The notes: a model not told the origin generated them from the sequence alone. A stretch of 64,000 bases of DNA from Minisyncoccia bacterium (GCA_049720475.1 JBNASH010000036.1:1339-65338), one strand, 5' to 3'; positions 46,960 through 57,103 are shown, counted from the stretch's first letter. Numbers and translations: made by a program.

Positions 46960-47200
46960 TTGGATAATAAGTTTAGAATTTCTAAAATCGGCGGCGCGCC
47001 CGCGAAGTGGGCGAGAAGAAAAGCGAGGGTGAGGCGGAAATTTCTTTTTCCCGAACCCCTTTTCCTTCCCGCCCCGCCCGAGCGAATTTTTCAGAAATTA
47101 GCATCGGGATTTTCGCGGAAGAAAGTTCGGATTTTGTTCAAAAGAGACAGCCAACAAAAATCCACCAGAAGGCGGGTTTTTTAAATTCTATTGACAAATT
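46960..47200. other. GC-rich noncoding segment (local GC far above flanks) between terminator and promoter; candidate structured RNA or foreign remnant
   Basis: Runs such as ggcggcgcgcccgcgaagtgggcgag, ccttcccgccccgcccgagcg; hairpin cgccc-gcgaagt-gggcg; only Arg/Lys-rich spurious ORFs; TTGACA -35-like box at about 47190. Confidence 0.3.
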
Positions 47201-47264
47201 TTTTAAAAAATGAATATGTAATTAGATTTAAGATTTAAAAATCAAAAAAAAAGGAGGTGGGCGA

Positions 47265-47519
47265 ATGAGAAAAATTTTTAAAAAAGCGCAACATTTTCTT
47301 CAACTTCTGATCTTATTATTTTGGCCAGCAATTTTGGTGGGATTCCCCCTTCGAATTTTAATGATAAAAAAAGTAATTAATATTTCTGTTCTCGGAGCAG
47401 CAATAATTATTTTTCTGATACAGCTGGCCTGGCTTTTCTTTTACGCCGCCTGCAAGGCAGCGGGCGATGCTGATGAAAAATTAGAAGAAATTTTTTATAA
47501 AAAATTAAATAATTTTTAA
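47265..47519 (+). CDS. small membrane protein (84 aa), unknown function
   Basis: Two hydrophobic helices; strong RBS AAGGAGGTGGGCG 5 nt before ATG. Confidence 0.4.
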   Translation: MRKIFKKAQHFLQLLILLFWPAILVGFPLRILMIKKVINISVLGAAIIIFLIQLAWLFFYAACKAAGDADEKLEEIFYKKLNNF

Positions 47520-47547
47520 ATTGGGCTAGATGTCTAGCCCAATTTTT
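47520..47547 (+). terminator. rho-independent terminator
   Basis: ttgggctag-atgt-ctagcccaa perfect stem followed by ttttttat. Confidence 0.7.
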
Positions 47548-47693
47548 TATAAAATGAGAATAAAGATTTACTGTAAATAAGCCACCCAGCGAGCTATTCA
47601 ACAAAATTTTATACTAATTATTAGTATCGCTATTTTTAGAATAAAAAATTAAAATTAAATCGGCAATCCACTTTCCATTTATATTTTATTATA

Positions 47694-47702
47694 TGCTATA
47701 AT
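47694..47702 (+). promoter_or_regulatory. extended -10 promoter element TGcTATAAT about 10 nt upstream of ATG (leaderless or near-leaderless transcript)
   Basis: tgctataat at 47694-47702, ATG at 47712, no SD. Confidence 0.4.
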
Positions 47703-47711
47703 ATATCCTAT

Positions 47712-48266
47712 ATGTTTATAACATTTTTAATTTTGTTTGTTTTGGCGGTTTTTTTAGGAGAAGAGTTGATGCTTTTTGTTGGCGCTATGATTCATATTGA
47801 GTTTCTGCCGTTGTGGCGAACTTTTTTCATAATGCTATCGGCAGTCTATTTTGGCGACTTCCTATTTTTTTATTTAGGTTATCATTATGGCGACCAACTT
47901 ATTGAAAAATTAATTAATAAAAAACTAATTAAACGAACAAAAGTGGAAAAAATAAAAGGTATTTTTGAGCGAGGCGGCACGTGGATTTTATTTGTTTCGA
48001 AATTTGCCTATGGACTTAATCACCTAACTCAGTTAGTGGCTGGTGTAATGAAGTTTGATGTTAAAAAATATATAAAAAACCAACTTGTTGTTTCTTTGGC
48101 CTGGGTGGTTTTTTATTTATTCATTGGTTATACTTTTTCTGCTGTTTTGTCTGAAATCTTTTTTGATATTAGAGCATTAAGCGCGGCTTTGTTATTGGTT
48201 TTTGCCGCTATTTTTGCTTTGGGCTGGGTGATCGATAGAATTATTAGTAAAATTTTTCCCAAATAA
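47712..48266 (+). CDS. DedA/TVP38-family-like membrane protein
   Basis: 184 aa polytopic; FERGGTWILFVSKFAYGLNHLTQLVAGVMKF resembles DedA RF.PG.R...SL.AG motif region. Confidence 0.4.
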   Translation: MFITFLILFVLAVFLGEELMLFVGAMIHIEFLPLWRTFFIMLSAVYFGDFLFFYLGYHYGDQLIEKLINKKLIKRTKVEKIKGIFERGGTWILFVSKFAYGLNHLTQLVAGVMKFDVKKYIKNQLVVSLAWVVFYLFIGYTFSAVLSEIFFDIRALSAALLLVFAAIFALGWVIDRIISKIFPK

Positions 48267-48332
48267 AAACAGCAATTGTCTAGATTTATTTTTTAATTTA
48301 TACTAATAAATAGTCGGCTAAAGCTAAATTCT

Positions 48333-49094
48333 ATGAAAAATTATCTTCAAAAAATAACAACAAACGGCAAGGCTATTTATTTGGCTTATGATCATGGTTT
48401 TGAGCATGGGCCGGAGGATTTGCCTGGTTCATCATTAGATCCGCAATACATTTTAGATATTGCCGTAGAGGGTGGCTATAATGCGGTCATTTTTCAAAAA
48501 GGCCTGGCGGAAAAATATTATACCGGAACCATTTACGAAAAAAAGATTCCTTTGATTTTGAAAATTAATGGGAAGGCGAATATTTGGAAAGGAGGCGATA
48601 TTTATTCTTATCAAAATTGTTCAGTGAAATACGCGAAAGAATTAGGAGCCAGTGCTGTCGGTTATACAATTTATTTAGGTTCAGAACATGACGGAAAAAT
48701 GTTTGCTGATTTTGGAAGAATTGTGGAAGAGGCGCATCAATTAAAAATGGCGGCGATTGCTTGGGTGTATCCACGAGGAGAATTTGTTAAAGATGAAACT
48801 TCCAAAGAAATTACTGCTTACGCTGCGCGGATTGGACTGGAATTGGGAGCGGATATGGTAAAAATTAAATATTCCGGCTCAAAAGAAAATTTTGAATGGG
48901 CGGTTAAGGCAGCAGGTAAAACCAAAGTTGTGTTGTCTGGCGGTCCAAAGGTAGCAGAGGAGGAATTTTTGAAAATCCTAAAAGAAGTAATGATGGCTGG
49001 TGCGGCTGGGGTAGCTGTTGGCAGAAATGTTTGGCTATCAGAAAAGCCGCTTGTTATAACCGAGAAGATCAAACAAATAGTTTTTAATAGCTAA
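48333..49094 (+). CDS. class I fructose-bisphosphate aldolase, archaeal/DhnA type (DeoC/FbaB family)
   Basis: About 250 aa TIM-barrel; AIYLAYDHGFEHGP...KINGKANIW...VKIKYSG pattern typical of DhnA-type aldolases. Confidence 0.6.
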   Translation: MKNYLQKITTNGKAIYLAYDHGFEHGPEDLPGSSLDPQYILDIAVEGGYNAVIFQKGLAEKYYTGTIYEKKIPLILKINGKANIWKGGDIYSYQNCSVKYAKELGASAVGYTIYLGSEHDGKMFADFGRIVEEAHQLKMAAIAWVYPRGEFVKDETSKEITAYAARIGLELGADMVKIKYSGSKENFEWAVKAAGKTKVVLSGGPKVAEEEFLKILKEVMMAGAAGVAVGRNVWLSEKPLVITEKIKQIVFNS

Positions 49095-49112
49095 TTATTC
49101 ACATTTTAAAAC

Positions 49113-49140
49113 TTGACTTTATTTAAAATTAGAATAAAAT
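49113..49140 (+). promoter_or_regulatory. sigma70-like promoter upstream of tuf (TTGACT -16- TAAAAT)
   Basis: ttgact 49113-49118, taaaat 49135-49140. Confidence 0.35.
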
Positions 49141-49197
49141 TTTTATAAATCTTTAAAGGGTCATTTTATTAATCGTCGATTAAATTTAATTAAAAAA

Positions 49198-50397
49198 ATG
49201 GCAGAAAAAAAGAAATTTGAACGTAAAAAACCACACGTTAATGTGGGAACAATTGGTCATATTGATCACGGTAAAACCACTTTAACTGCTGCAATAATGC
49301 ACGTTTTAAATTTTAAGGGTTTAGTAGAAAAAGTGGAAGGTGTTGATCAAATTGATAATGCACCCGAAGAAAGAGCGAGGGGCATTACTATTGCGTTGCA
49401 TCATTCCGAATATGAGTCGGAAAAAAGACATTATGCTCATATTGATGCACCAGGTCATGCCGACTACATTAAAAACATGATTACTGGCGCCGCTCAAATG
49501 GATGGTGCCATCCTTGTTGTCTCAGCGGCTGATGGTCCAATGCCTCAAACTCGGGAGCATATTCTTTTGGCGCGCCAAGTAGGCGTTCCGGCAATTATTG
49601 TTTTCTTAAATAAAGTTGATCAAGTTAGTGATCCAGAATTAATTGATTTGGTTGAAAATGAAGTTCGCGAATTATTAACCAAATATCAATTCCCAGGTAA
49701 TGAAGTTCCGGTGATCCGTGGTTCCGCATTAGCAGCTTTAAATGCTAAATCAATTGATGATCCAGCTTGCAAACCAATTTTGGATTTGGTTGAAGCAATG
49801 GATAATTATATTCCTGATCCCGTCCGTGAAGTTGATAAACCATTTTTGATGCCTATTGAAGATGTGTTTTCAATTGAAGGACGTGGAACTGTTGTTACTG
49901 GTCGTGTTGAGCGAGGAGTTTTGAAATTAAATGAAGAAGTAGAAATAGTTGGTTTGAGACCGACTCAAAAAACTGTTGTGACTGGTATAGAAATGTTTAA
50001 TAAAACATTGGATGAGGCGCAAGCTGGTGATAATGTTGGTATTTTATTGCGCGGTCTTAAGAAAGAAGATGTTGAAAGAGGTCAGGTTGTTGCCAAACCA
50101 GGCAGTGTAACTCCTCATACTGAATTCGAGGCCGAGGTTTATATTTTAACCAAAGAAGAAGGTGGAAGACACACCCCATTCTTTACTGGCTATAAACCGC
50201 AATTTTATATTCGTACTACCGATGTAACAGGTGAAGTTACTCTTCCTCAAGGAATTGAAATGGTAATGCCAGGTGATAATGTCAATCTCACTATTAAATT
50301 AATTGCGCCAGTCGCATTGGAAGAGAAACAAAGATTTGCTATTCGTGAAGGTGGTAAAACTGTCGGTGCTGGTGTGGTAACAAAAATTATTAAATAA
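49198..50397 (+). CDS. tuf: elongation factor Tu
   Basis: [26 protein letters not shown] motifs, 399 aa. Confidence 0.95.
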   Translation: MAEKKKFERKKPHVNVGTIGHIDHGKTTLTAAIMHVLNFKGLVEKVEGVDQIDNAPEERARGITIALHHSEYESEKRHYAHIDAPGHADYIKNMITGAAQMDGAILVVSAADGPMPQTREHILLARQVGVPAIIVFLNKVDQVSDPELIDLVENEVRELLTKYQFPGNEVPVIRGSALAALNAKSIDDPACKPILDLVEAMDNYIPDPVREVDKPFLMPIEDVFSIEGRGTVVTGRVERGVLKLNEEVEIVGLRPTQKTVVTGIEMFNKTLDEAQAGDNVGILLRGLKKEDVERGQVVAKPGSVTPHTEFEAEVYILTKEEGGRHTPFFTGYKPQFYIRTTDVTGEVTLPQGIEMVMPGDNVNLTIKLIAPVALEEKQRFAIREGGKTVGAGVVTKIIK

Positions 50398-50426
50398 TAA
50401 AATATATTTAGCTCTTTCCAACAACA

Positions 50427-50750
50427 ATGACCAAAAAAGATGAATTGCAACAAAAAATAAGAATTAAATTGAAGGCTTATGACCATAAAGTATTAGATAA
50501 TTCTTGTAAGCAAATAGTTGAAACTGCAAGCCGTTATGTTAAAGATATTATTGGTCCAATACCATTACCAACCGAAATCCGACGATATACCATTAACCGT
50601 TCAACCTTTATTGATAAAAATTCGCGTGAACAATTTGAAATTCGCATTCATAAAAGAATCCTTGACATATTAAATCCGAACCAAAAATTGATTGACGCTC
50701 TGATGAATCTTAATTTACCGGCAGGAGTAGACATTGAGATAAAGATGTAG
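50427..50750 (+). CDS. rpsJ: 30S ribosomal protein S10
   Basis: [16 protein letters not shown]...; 107 aa; directly downstream of tuf. Confidence 0.9.
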   Translation: MTKKDELQQKIRIKLKAYDHKVLDNSCKQIVETASRYVKDIIGPIPLPTEIRRYTINRSTFIDKNSREQFEIRIHKRILDILNPNQKLIDALMNLNLPAGVDIEIKM

Positions 50751-50755
50751 GTTGT

Positions 50756-50826
50756 AAAAAATAAATGCCGGGCGTCTCTTCTCAAAACTATGTTTATCAG
50801 AGGAGAATACCCGGCATTTATTTATC
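50756..50826 (+). terminator. long stem-loop between rpsJ and rplC (14-bp perfect stem aaataaatgccggg/cccggcatttattt, 37-nt loop) flanked by A-run and T-run: attenuator/terminator-like
   Basis: Perfect inverted repeat 50759-50772 / 50810-50823. Confidence 0.5.
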
Positions 50827-50871
50827 ACAAATATTGATAAATTTATTAAAATATATAAAATAACGAAAAAT

Positions 50872-51480
50872 ATGAAGAAATTTATTCTTGCTCAAAAAAT
50901 AGGAATGACAGAAATTTTTCAGAATGACAAGATGATTCCAGTGACTGTTTTAGAAGCAGGTCCTGTTGTTGTTACTCAAATAAAAACTAAAGAGAAAGAT
51001 GGCTATTGTGCGGTTCAGGTTGGTTTTGGAAAAAAGAAAAAAATTTCGAAAGCATTAAAAGGACATTTGAAGGATTTGGGCAATTTTAAATGGTTGAAGG
51101 AATTTAGAGTAGATGAGTCAGAAATAAATAATTATAAAGTAGGCGATAAAATCGATCTTTCTATTTTTCAAGAAGGAGAGAAAATAAAAATTTCTGGAAC
51201 GAGTAAAAGCAAAGGATTTCAAGGTGTAGTAAAAAGACATGGTTTTCATGGCGGTCCTAAAACGCATGGTCAAAAAAATCGTTTGCGAGCACCCGGTTCA
51301 ATTGGTGCAACTCATCCCCAGCATGTTCCTAAAGGAAGAAAAATGGCCGGGCGAATGGGTGGTGAAAGGATAACTTTAAAAAATGTAAAAATTGCAAAAA
51401 TAATCAATGATAAAAATATAATTTGTGTAAAAGGGGCGGTTCCAGGGAAAAAAGGAGATCTAGTCGAAATATCAGCTTAA
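50872..51480 (+). CDS. rplC: 50S ribosomal protein L3
   Basis: KGFQGVVKRHGFHGGPKTHGQ signature. Confidence 0.9.
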   Translation: MKKFILAQKIGMTEIFQNDKMIPVTVLEAGPVVVTQIKTKEKDGYCAVQVGFGKKKKISKALKGHLKDLGNFKWLKEFRVDESEINNYKVGDKIDLSIFQEGEKIKISGTSKSKGFQGVVKRHGFHGGPKTHGQKNRLRAPGSIGATHPQHVPKGRKMAGRMGGERITLKNVKIAKIINDKNIICVKGAVPGKKGDLVEISA

Positions 51481-51485
51481 TTATT

Positions 51486-52124
51486 ATGAAAGTTGATTTA
51501 TACAATCAAAATGGAAAAGTGATTGATCAGATTGATTTGCCTGATAACATTTTTGGTTATAAATGGAATCCGATTTTGGTCCATCAAGTTTTTGTTGCTT
51601 TGCAAAGTAATCAACGAAAGCCGATTGCGCATGCTAAAGATAGAGGAGAGGTTTCTGGTGGTGGTAGAAAACCTTGGCGTCAGAAAGGAACTGGTCGTGC
51701 TCGACATGGCTCTATTCGTTCTCCTTTGTGGATCGGCGGTGGCGTTACTTTCGGACCAACTAAAGAAAAAAATTATTCAAAAAAGATAAATAAAAAAGCT
51801 AAATTAAATGCTCTGCTATCAGCTTTATCTAAAAAATTAGCTGATCAAGAAATCAAAGTCATTGATAAAATTGAAATTGAACAAGCAAAAACCAAGGAAA
51901 TGGCAAAAATTTTGAAAAACTTTTTAAATAATAAAAAGAAAAACCAAGGACTATTAATTTTGCCAACAAATGATAAAAATATTATTAAAGCAACTCGTAA
52001 TTTACCATTTGCTCAAGTTACAACAGTTAATAATCTTAATTTAATAGATGTTTTAACTTATAAAAACCTTCTTTTTATAAAAGATGCTGTCGAAAAATTA
52101 AAAGATAGAGTTTTAAATAAATAA
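51486..52124 (+). CDS. rplD: 50S ribosomal protein L4 (start moved to ATG 51486; the ORF track's upstream extension overlaps rplC)
   Basis: MKVDLYNQNGKVIDQIDLPD...; GGGRKPWRQKGTGRAR signature. Confidence 0.9.
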   Translation: MKVDLYNQNGKVIDQIDLPDNIFGYKWNPILVHQVFVALQSNQRKPIAHAKDRGEVSGGGRKPWRQKGTGRARHGSIRSPLWIGGGVTFGPTKEKNYSKKINKKAKLNALLSALSKKLADQEIKVIDKIEIEQAKTKEMAKILKNFLNNKKKNQGLLILPTNDKNIIKATRNLPFAQVTTVNNLNLIDVLTYKNLLFIKDAVEKLKDRVLNK

Positions 52125-52125
52125 T

Positions 52126-52521
52126 ATGGCGCTTTTTTCAAGAAAAAAAACAGATAAGAAAGAAGAGAAAGAAAAAGTAGAAAAAGAAGTAAAACAGGAA
52201 GTTAAGCAGAAAGAAGATAAAAAACTCAATCTGGTTAATGAGAATATTTTGTTAATAAAAAAGCCGCGAGTGACTGAAAAAAGCCAATTAGTAAAAAAAT
52301 ATAGACAATATGTTTTTGATGTAGATAAAAATGCAAATAAAACAGAAGTTAAAAAAGCTATAGAAACCATTTACAATGTTAAAGTCGAAAAGGTTAGAAT
52401 AGTAAATATTCCTTTCAAAAAAAGACGCTTAGGCGTGACTCAAGGAAAAAAGTCGGGATATAAAAAAGCCATTGTGACATTAAAAGAAGGGTACCAAATC
52501 GAAATAATTCCTCAGAAATAA
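52126..52521 (+). CDS. rplW: 50S ribosomal protein L23 with Lys/Glu-rich N-terminal extension
   Basis: Core LIKKPRVTEKS...YVFDVDKNANKTEVKKAIE; about 35-aa KE-rich N-extension. Confidence 0.85.
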   Translation: MALFSRKKTDKKEEKEKVEKEVKQEVKQKEDKKLNLVNENILLIKKPRVTEKSQLVKKYRQYVFDVDKNANKTEVKKAIETIYNVKVEKVRIVNIPFKKRRLGVTQGKKSGYKKAIVTLKEGYQIEIIPQK

Positions 52522-52524
52522 AAT

Positions 52525-53349
52525 ATGAAGAAATTAAAACCAACAACTCCATCACGACGGCAAATGACTCTTATTGAATATAAGAAGATTTTGACAACGG
52601 ATGAGCCTAAAAAGCAGTTAACAAAACCTCTTAAGAAAAAAGCAGGACGAAATTCTAGTGGCAGAATTACTGTTCGTCATCAAGGTGGAGGCAATAAAAA
52701 ATTATATCGTTTAGTTGACTTTAAACAGGATAAATTTAATATTATTGGTACTGTTAAGACAATAGAGTATGATCCCAATCGTAATACTTTTATTGGATTG
52801 GTTGCTTATGCGGATGGTGAATATCGATATGTTTTATTACCGGAAGGAGTAGAAGTTGGTCAACAAATTATTAGCGCTGAGGATGCACCGATTAAATTGG
52901 GTAATCGATTACCTTTAAAAAACATTCCAGTTGGTACGAGTGTTTTCAATATTGAATTAATGCCTGGCAGCGGTGGTAAATTAGCGCGGAGCGCTGGTTC
53001 AGCCGCTGAAGTGATGGGTCTTGAAGGTAAATATTGTATTTTAAAGATGCCATCTGGAGAAATAAGGAAAGTTTTGGCAAATTGTTATGCGACAATCGGC
53101 GTTCCTTCAAATATAGAATACCGAAATATAAATATCGGCAAGGCCGGAAGAAATCGATGGCTAGGTATTAGACCAACAGTGCGAGGTTCGGCTATGAATC
53201 CTTGCGATCATCCTTATGGTGGTGGTGAAGGTCGTCAACCTCGAGGTACACGCAGACCGAAAACTGCTTGGGGTAAAGTTACTGGTGGTCATAAGACTAG
53301 AAAGAAGAGAAAGTGGTCGAATTCGCTAATTATTAAACGTAGAAAATAA
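52525..53349 (+). CDS. rplB: 50S ribosomal protein L2
   Basis: [32 protein letters not shown]. Confidence 0.95.
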   Translation: MKKLKPTTPSRRQMTLIEYKKILTTDEPKKQLTKPLKKKAGRNSSGRITVRHQGGGNKKLYRLVDFKQDKFNIIGTVKTIEYDPNRNTFIGLVAYADGEYRYVLLPEGVEVGQQIISAEDAPIKLGNRLPLKNIPVGTSVFNIELMPGSGGKLARSAGSAAEVMGLEGKYCILKMPSGEIRKVLANCYATIGVPSNIEYRNINIGKAGRNRWLGIRPTVRGSAMNPCDHPYGGGEGRQPRGTRRPKTAWGKVTGGHKTRKKRKWSNSLIIKRRK

Positions 53350-53351
53350 AT

Positions 53352-53654
53352 ATGAGCAGAAGTCTCAAAAAAGGTCCATATATTGATCCAAAGTTGCTAA
53401 AGAAAATTGCTAAAATTAAACCTGATTCTGGTCAGGTTATTAAGACATGGGCACGCGATTCAATGATTTCACCAGAGATGATAGGTTATACATTTGCAGT
53501 ACATAATGGGAAAGATTTTATTGAGGTTAAAGTTACTGAAGAAATGGTCGGCCATCGCCTCGGTGAATTTGCGCCCACGCGAAAATTCATTAAACATGGC
53601 GGTAAAATGCAGCGAGAGTTAGAGAAAAAAGCAGCCGCAAATGCTAATCAATAA
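53352..53654 (+). CDS. rpsS: 30S ribosomal protein S19
   Basis: [39 protein letters not shown]. Confidence 0.95.
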   Translation: MSRSLKKGPYIDPKLLKKIAKIKPDSGQVIKTWARDSMISPEMIGYTFAVHNGKDFIEVKVTEEMVGHRLGEFAPTRKFIKHGGKMQRELEKKAAANANQ

Positions 53655-53668
53655 AAATAATAAAAAAT

Positions 53669-54184
53669 ATGGAAGAAAATAAGATAGCAACAGCAAAATT
53701 AAAATATTTACACATGGCACCGCGAAAGGTGAAATTTGTTGCTGATTTAATTAAAGGCAAACATATTACTGAAGCCGAAGCGCAATTGTTATATTGTCGC
53801 CGCCGAGCAGCCAAACCAATTTTAAAACTTTTACACTCAGCAATTAACAATGCTTTAAATAAAAAATTAAACAAAGATCTTCTTTATATTGAATCTATTC
53901 GAGTGGATCAAGGTCCGATGCTTAAAAGATGGTTGCCTCGAGCAATGGGAAGAGCAACGCCTATTCAAAAGAAAATGTCACATGTTACATTATGTTTAGC
54001 CGAAGGAAAACAATTTAAACGCTATGCAGTGCCTAAGGCGAAAATTACTAAATCCGAAAAGACAATCAGTAAAGAAAAAACCGAGAAGAAACAAGAATAT
54101 AAGAAAAAAGAACAAAAGGTCGTTGAAACAAAACCTAAAGAAGGAGCAGTTAAAAAATTCTTTAGAAGAAAAGAAATAGCATAA
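53669..54184 (+). CDS. rplV: 50S ribosomal protein L22 with Lys/Glu-rich C-terminal extension
   Basis: L22 core through about residue 115, then about 55-aa KE-rich tail. Confidence 0.9.
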   Translation: MEENKIATAKLKYLHMAPRKVKFVADLIKGKHITEAEAQLLYCRRRAAKPILKLLHSAINNALNKKLNKDLLYIESIRVDQGPMLKRWLPRAMGRATPIQKKMSHVTLCLAEGKQFKRYAVPKAKITKSEKTISKEKTEKKQEYKKKEQKVVETKPKEGAVKKFFRRKEIA

Positions 54185-54185
54185 T

Positions 54186-54905
54186 ATGGGACATAAAATT
54201 CATCCAAAATCTTTTAGATTGGGAATCATTAAAGATTGGAGCGCGAAGTGGTTGGTTTCAAAAAAGGAACTTCCAATTATTTTAGAGGAAGATGTTAAAA
54301 TTAGAGAGTATTTAAATAAAAAGTTAAAAAATACTTATATTGCTGAAATTGTTATTGAAAGATTGGAGAACAATATTAATATCACAATAAAAACAGCGCG
54401 TCCAGGTTTGATAATCGGCCGCGGTGGTAAAGGAGTTGAGGATTTAAAGAAGGAATTAGAAAAAATTATTAACAAACATCGCAAAGAAAAGAAATATAAT
54501 CTAAACCACAATCTTTCTATCAATATAGAGGAAGTTAAGAATCCAACTGCGAATGCAGCAATTGTTGCTCAAGGTATTGCTAGTGCCATTGAAAAAAGAA
54601 TGCCTTATCGTCGGGTGATGAAAAAGGCGATTGAGGAGGCAAAGCAAAATAAAGAAGTAAAAGGAATTAAAATTAAAGTATCCGGTCGATTAAATGGAGC
54701 AGAAATTGCTCGAACAGAATGGTTGGATTGGGGATGTATGCCACTTCAAACACTTCGTGCCGATATTGATTATGGTGAAGCAACTGCATTTTGTACTTAT
54801 GGAACAATTGGTGTTAAAGTTTGGATATACAAAGGAGAAGTTTTTCTAAAAGAAAAAAAGAAAGAAAAAAGCAACGAAGTCGCAATTAAAACCGAAAACA
54901 AATAA
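54186..54905 (+). CDS. rpsC: 30S ribosomal protein S3
   Basis: KH domain [40 protein letters not shown]. Confidence 0.95.
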   Translation: MGHKIHPKSFRLGIIKDWSAKWLVSKKELPIILEEDVKIREYLNKKLKNTYIAEIVIERLENNINITIKTARPGLIIGRGGKGVEDLKKELEKIINKHRKEKKYNLNHNLSINIEEVKNPTANAAIVAQGIASAIEKRMPYRRVMKKAIEEAKQNKEVKGIKIKVSGRLNGAEIARTEWLDWGCMPLQTLRADIDYGEATAFCTYGTIGVKVWIYKGEVFLKEKKKEKSNEVAIKTENK

Positions 54906-54910
54906 AGCAT

Positions 54911-55324
54911 ATGTTGATGCCCAAAAAAATGAAACATCGAAAAGCACAGAAAGGCAGATCTCGAAATAGAAATCTTGATACGCGAGGCACTTTTTTAGTT
55001 TTTGGTTCTTATGGGCTTCAAGCATTAGAAAGCGCCTGGTTAACATCGAGACAGATTGAAGCGGGAAGAAAAGCAATTTCTGGATATTTAAAGAAAGGCG
55101 GTAAAATCTGGTTAAGAGTTTTTCCAGATAAACCGATTACTAAACGACCACCTGAAGTAACAATGGGTGGCGGAAAAGGAGATTTAGATCATTTTGCTTT
55201 TCCATTAAAACCTGGTCGAATTATTTATGAAATTGATGGCGTTAGTGAAGAGATTGCCACTGAAGCTTTAAGAAGAGCTGCTTCGAAAATGCCGGTTAAA
55301 ACAAAAATAGTTAAGAAAATTTAG
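54911..55324 (+). CDS. rplP: 50S ribosomal protein L16
   Basis: [16 protein letters not shown], 137 aa. Confidence 0.95.
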   Translation: MLMPKKMKHRKAQKGRSRNRNLDTRGTFLVFGSYGLQALESAWLTSRQIEAGRKAISGYLKKGGKIWLRVFPDKPITKRPPEVTMGGGKGDLDHFAFPLKPGRIIYEIDGVSEEIATEALRRAASKMPVKTKIVKKI

Positions 55325-55330
55325 TAAAAT

Positions 55331-55543
55331 ATGAAATTCGAAGAGTTAAAAAAATTACCAAAGTCAGAGTTGCATAAACTTTTGGCAGAGAGTCGAAATA
55401 AATTAAAAGACTTGCGTTTTAATTTGTCTTTCGGTAAAGTAAAAGATATTAGTGAGATTAAAAAAACAAAAAAATTAATTGCTCAAATTTTAACGGTTTT
55501 AAATTTATCTAATAATTATGACAGAGAAAAAACAAACAATTAA
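55331..55543 (+). CDS. rpmC: 50S ribosomal protein L29
   Basis: 70 aa helical, [20 protein letters not shown]. Confidence 0.8.
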   Translation: MKFEELKKLPKSELHKLLAESRNKLKDLRFNLSFGKVKDISEIKKTKKLIAQILTVLNLSNNYDREKTNN

Positions 55544-55853
55544 AAGAAGATTGGAAGGAATAGTAGTTTCTGATAAGATGAGTAAAACGGTTGTTGTAGA
55601 AGTAGAACGATTTAAACGACATCCGCTTTATCATAAAATCATGAGAATTTCTAAGCGTTTTAAAGCTCATGATGAAAAGAATGAATGTAAAGTAGGTGAC
55701 CGAGTTTTAATTGAACAAACCCGACCTTTATCTAAAGAGAAGAGGTGGAAAGTTATTAAAATTATTCATCGCAAAGAAGAAAATAATGGAATTGAAAATG
55801 AGAATCTTGATCAAGAGAAAGATGAGTCGATTTTAAATAATTCAGAGCAATAA
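55518..55853 (+). CDS. rpsQ: 30S ribosomal protein S17
   Basis: [18 protein letters not shown]...[27 protein letters not shown]. Confidence 0.9.
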   Translation: MTEKKQTIKRRLEGIVVSDKMSKTVVVEVERFKRHPLYHKIMRISKRFKAHDEKNECKVGDRVLIEQTRPLSKEKRWKVIKIIHRKEENNGIENENLDQEKDESILNNSEQ

Positions 55854-55854
55854 T

Positions 55855-56223
55855 ATGATTCAACCCAGAACAATGTTAAAAGTAGCAGATAATAGTGGCG
55901 CCAAAATAGTTCAGTGTTTTAAAGTTTTGGGGGGATCAAGAAGAAGATATGCAGAAATCGGTGATATTATCATTGCTTCTGTTAAGGTAGCCCAACCAAG
56001 AAAAAGTGTTGCCAAAAAGGATGTGGTTCGCTGTTTGATTATCAGACAACGAAAGCCTTATCGTCGAGAAGATGGTTCTTATATTCGTTTTGATGACAAT
56101 GCGGTTGTTTTGCTGGATAATAAGAATCAACCAAGAGGAACTAGAATTTTCGGTCCTATTCCAAGAGAAATAAAACAAAAAGGATTTGAAGAAGTCGCTT
56201 CTTTAGCTATTGAAATTTTATAA
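55855..56223 (+). CDS. rplN: 50S ribosomal protein L14
   Basis: [17 protein letters not shown], 122 aa. Confidence 0.95.
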   Translation: MIQPRTMLKVADNSGAKIVQCFKVLGGSRRRYAEIGDIIIASVKVAQPRKSVAKKDVVRCLIIRQRKPYRREDGSYIRFDDNAVVLLDNKNQPRGTRIFGPIPREIKQKGFEEVASLAIEIL

Positions 56224-56557
56224 TATGGAAGAGAAGAAAGTGAAAAAAAGTTTAAAATTTAAAAAAGGAGACGAAGTAATTATGTTAACTGGAAAAGATA
56301 GAGGGAAGAGAGGAAAAATAATTAAGGTTTTACCTGATAAGAATAAAGTGGTGGTTGAGGGTTTAAATTTAATTAAAAAACATCTTCGTCCAAAAAGACA
56401 GGGTGAGAAGGGTGAAATTATTAATTTGCCACGCCCAGTTGATGCTTCCAATGTCGCTTTGTGGTGTTCAACTTGCGGAAAGGGCGTGAGAGCAGGCTAT
56501 CGTTTTGAGGGCGATAAAAAAATAAGAATTTGTAAAAAATGTCAGCAATTAATCTAA
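56210..56557 (+). CDS. rplX: 50S ribosomal protein L24 with C-terminal CxxC...CxxC zinc-ribbon extension
   Basis: KOW motif [20 protein letters not shown]; tail [28 protein letters not shown]. Confidence 0.85.
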   Translation: MKFYNMEEKKVKKSLKFKKGDEVIMLTGKDRGKRGKIIKVLPDKNKVVVEGLNLIKKHLRPKRQGEKGEIINLPRPVDASNVALWCSTCGKGVRAGYRFEGDKKIRICKKCQQLI

Positions 56558-57102
56558 AAGAAAAATACAAAAAAGAAATTGCACCGAAACTTCAAAAAGA
56601 ATTTGAGTTGAAGAATATTTTTATGGTGCCTTCGATTAAAAAGGTAGTAGTTAATGCCGGAATTGGAAGATTAATTACCAATGCCGGTGGAATTAAAAAC
56701 GCAGAGGAACTTATTAAAAATATTAAACAAGATATTAGTTTAATAACTGGTCAATGGCCAACTGAAACAAAAGCAAAGAAATCTATTTCTTCTTTTAAAA
56801 TTCGAGAAGGACAAACCGTTGGTTTAAAGGTAACATTAAGAGGCCAAAAGATGTATGATTTTATAGCAAGATTAGTTAATATAGCCTTGCCGCGCATAAG
56901 AGATTTTAAAGGTATTCCAGAGAAAAATTTAGATCAATATGGTAATTTAAATATTGGAATTCCAGAAGCAACCATTTTTCCAGAGGTTACTAATAGTGTT
57001 TTAAAACATCCTTTTGGTTTAGAAATTACCGTTGTTACTAATGATAAACATCGCGAAAGAGTCGTTCAATTATTAAAATATTTAGGTTTTCCTTTAAAAT
57101 AG
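56539..57102 (+). CDS. rplE: 50S ribosomal protein L5
   Basis: [17 protein letters not shown]...VVVNAGIG; 187 aa. Confidence 0.9.
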   Translation: MSAINLKEKYKKEIAPKLQKEFELKNIFMVPSIKKVVVNAGIGRLITNAGGIKNAEELIKNIKQDISLITGQWPTETKAKKSISSFKIREGQTVGLKVTLRGQKMYDFIARLVNIALPRIRDFKGIPEKNLDQYGNLNIGIPEATIFPEVTNSVLKHPFGLEITVVTNDKHRERVVQLLKYLGFPLK

Positions 57103-57103
57103 T

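Noticed and set aside
46960-47213. Arg/Lys-rich ORFs 46960-47184 and 47007-47213
   Set aside because: They arise in GC-rich noncoding DNA, have no RBS or motif and an implausible composition. The region is reported instead as candidate noncoding or foreign remnant
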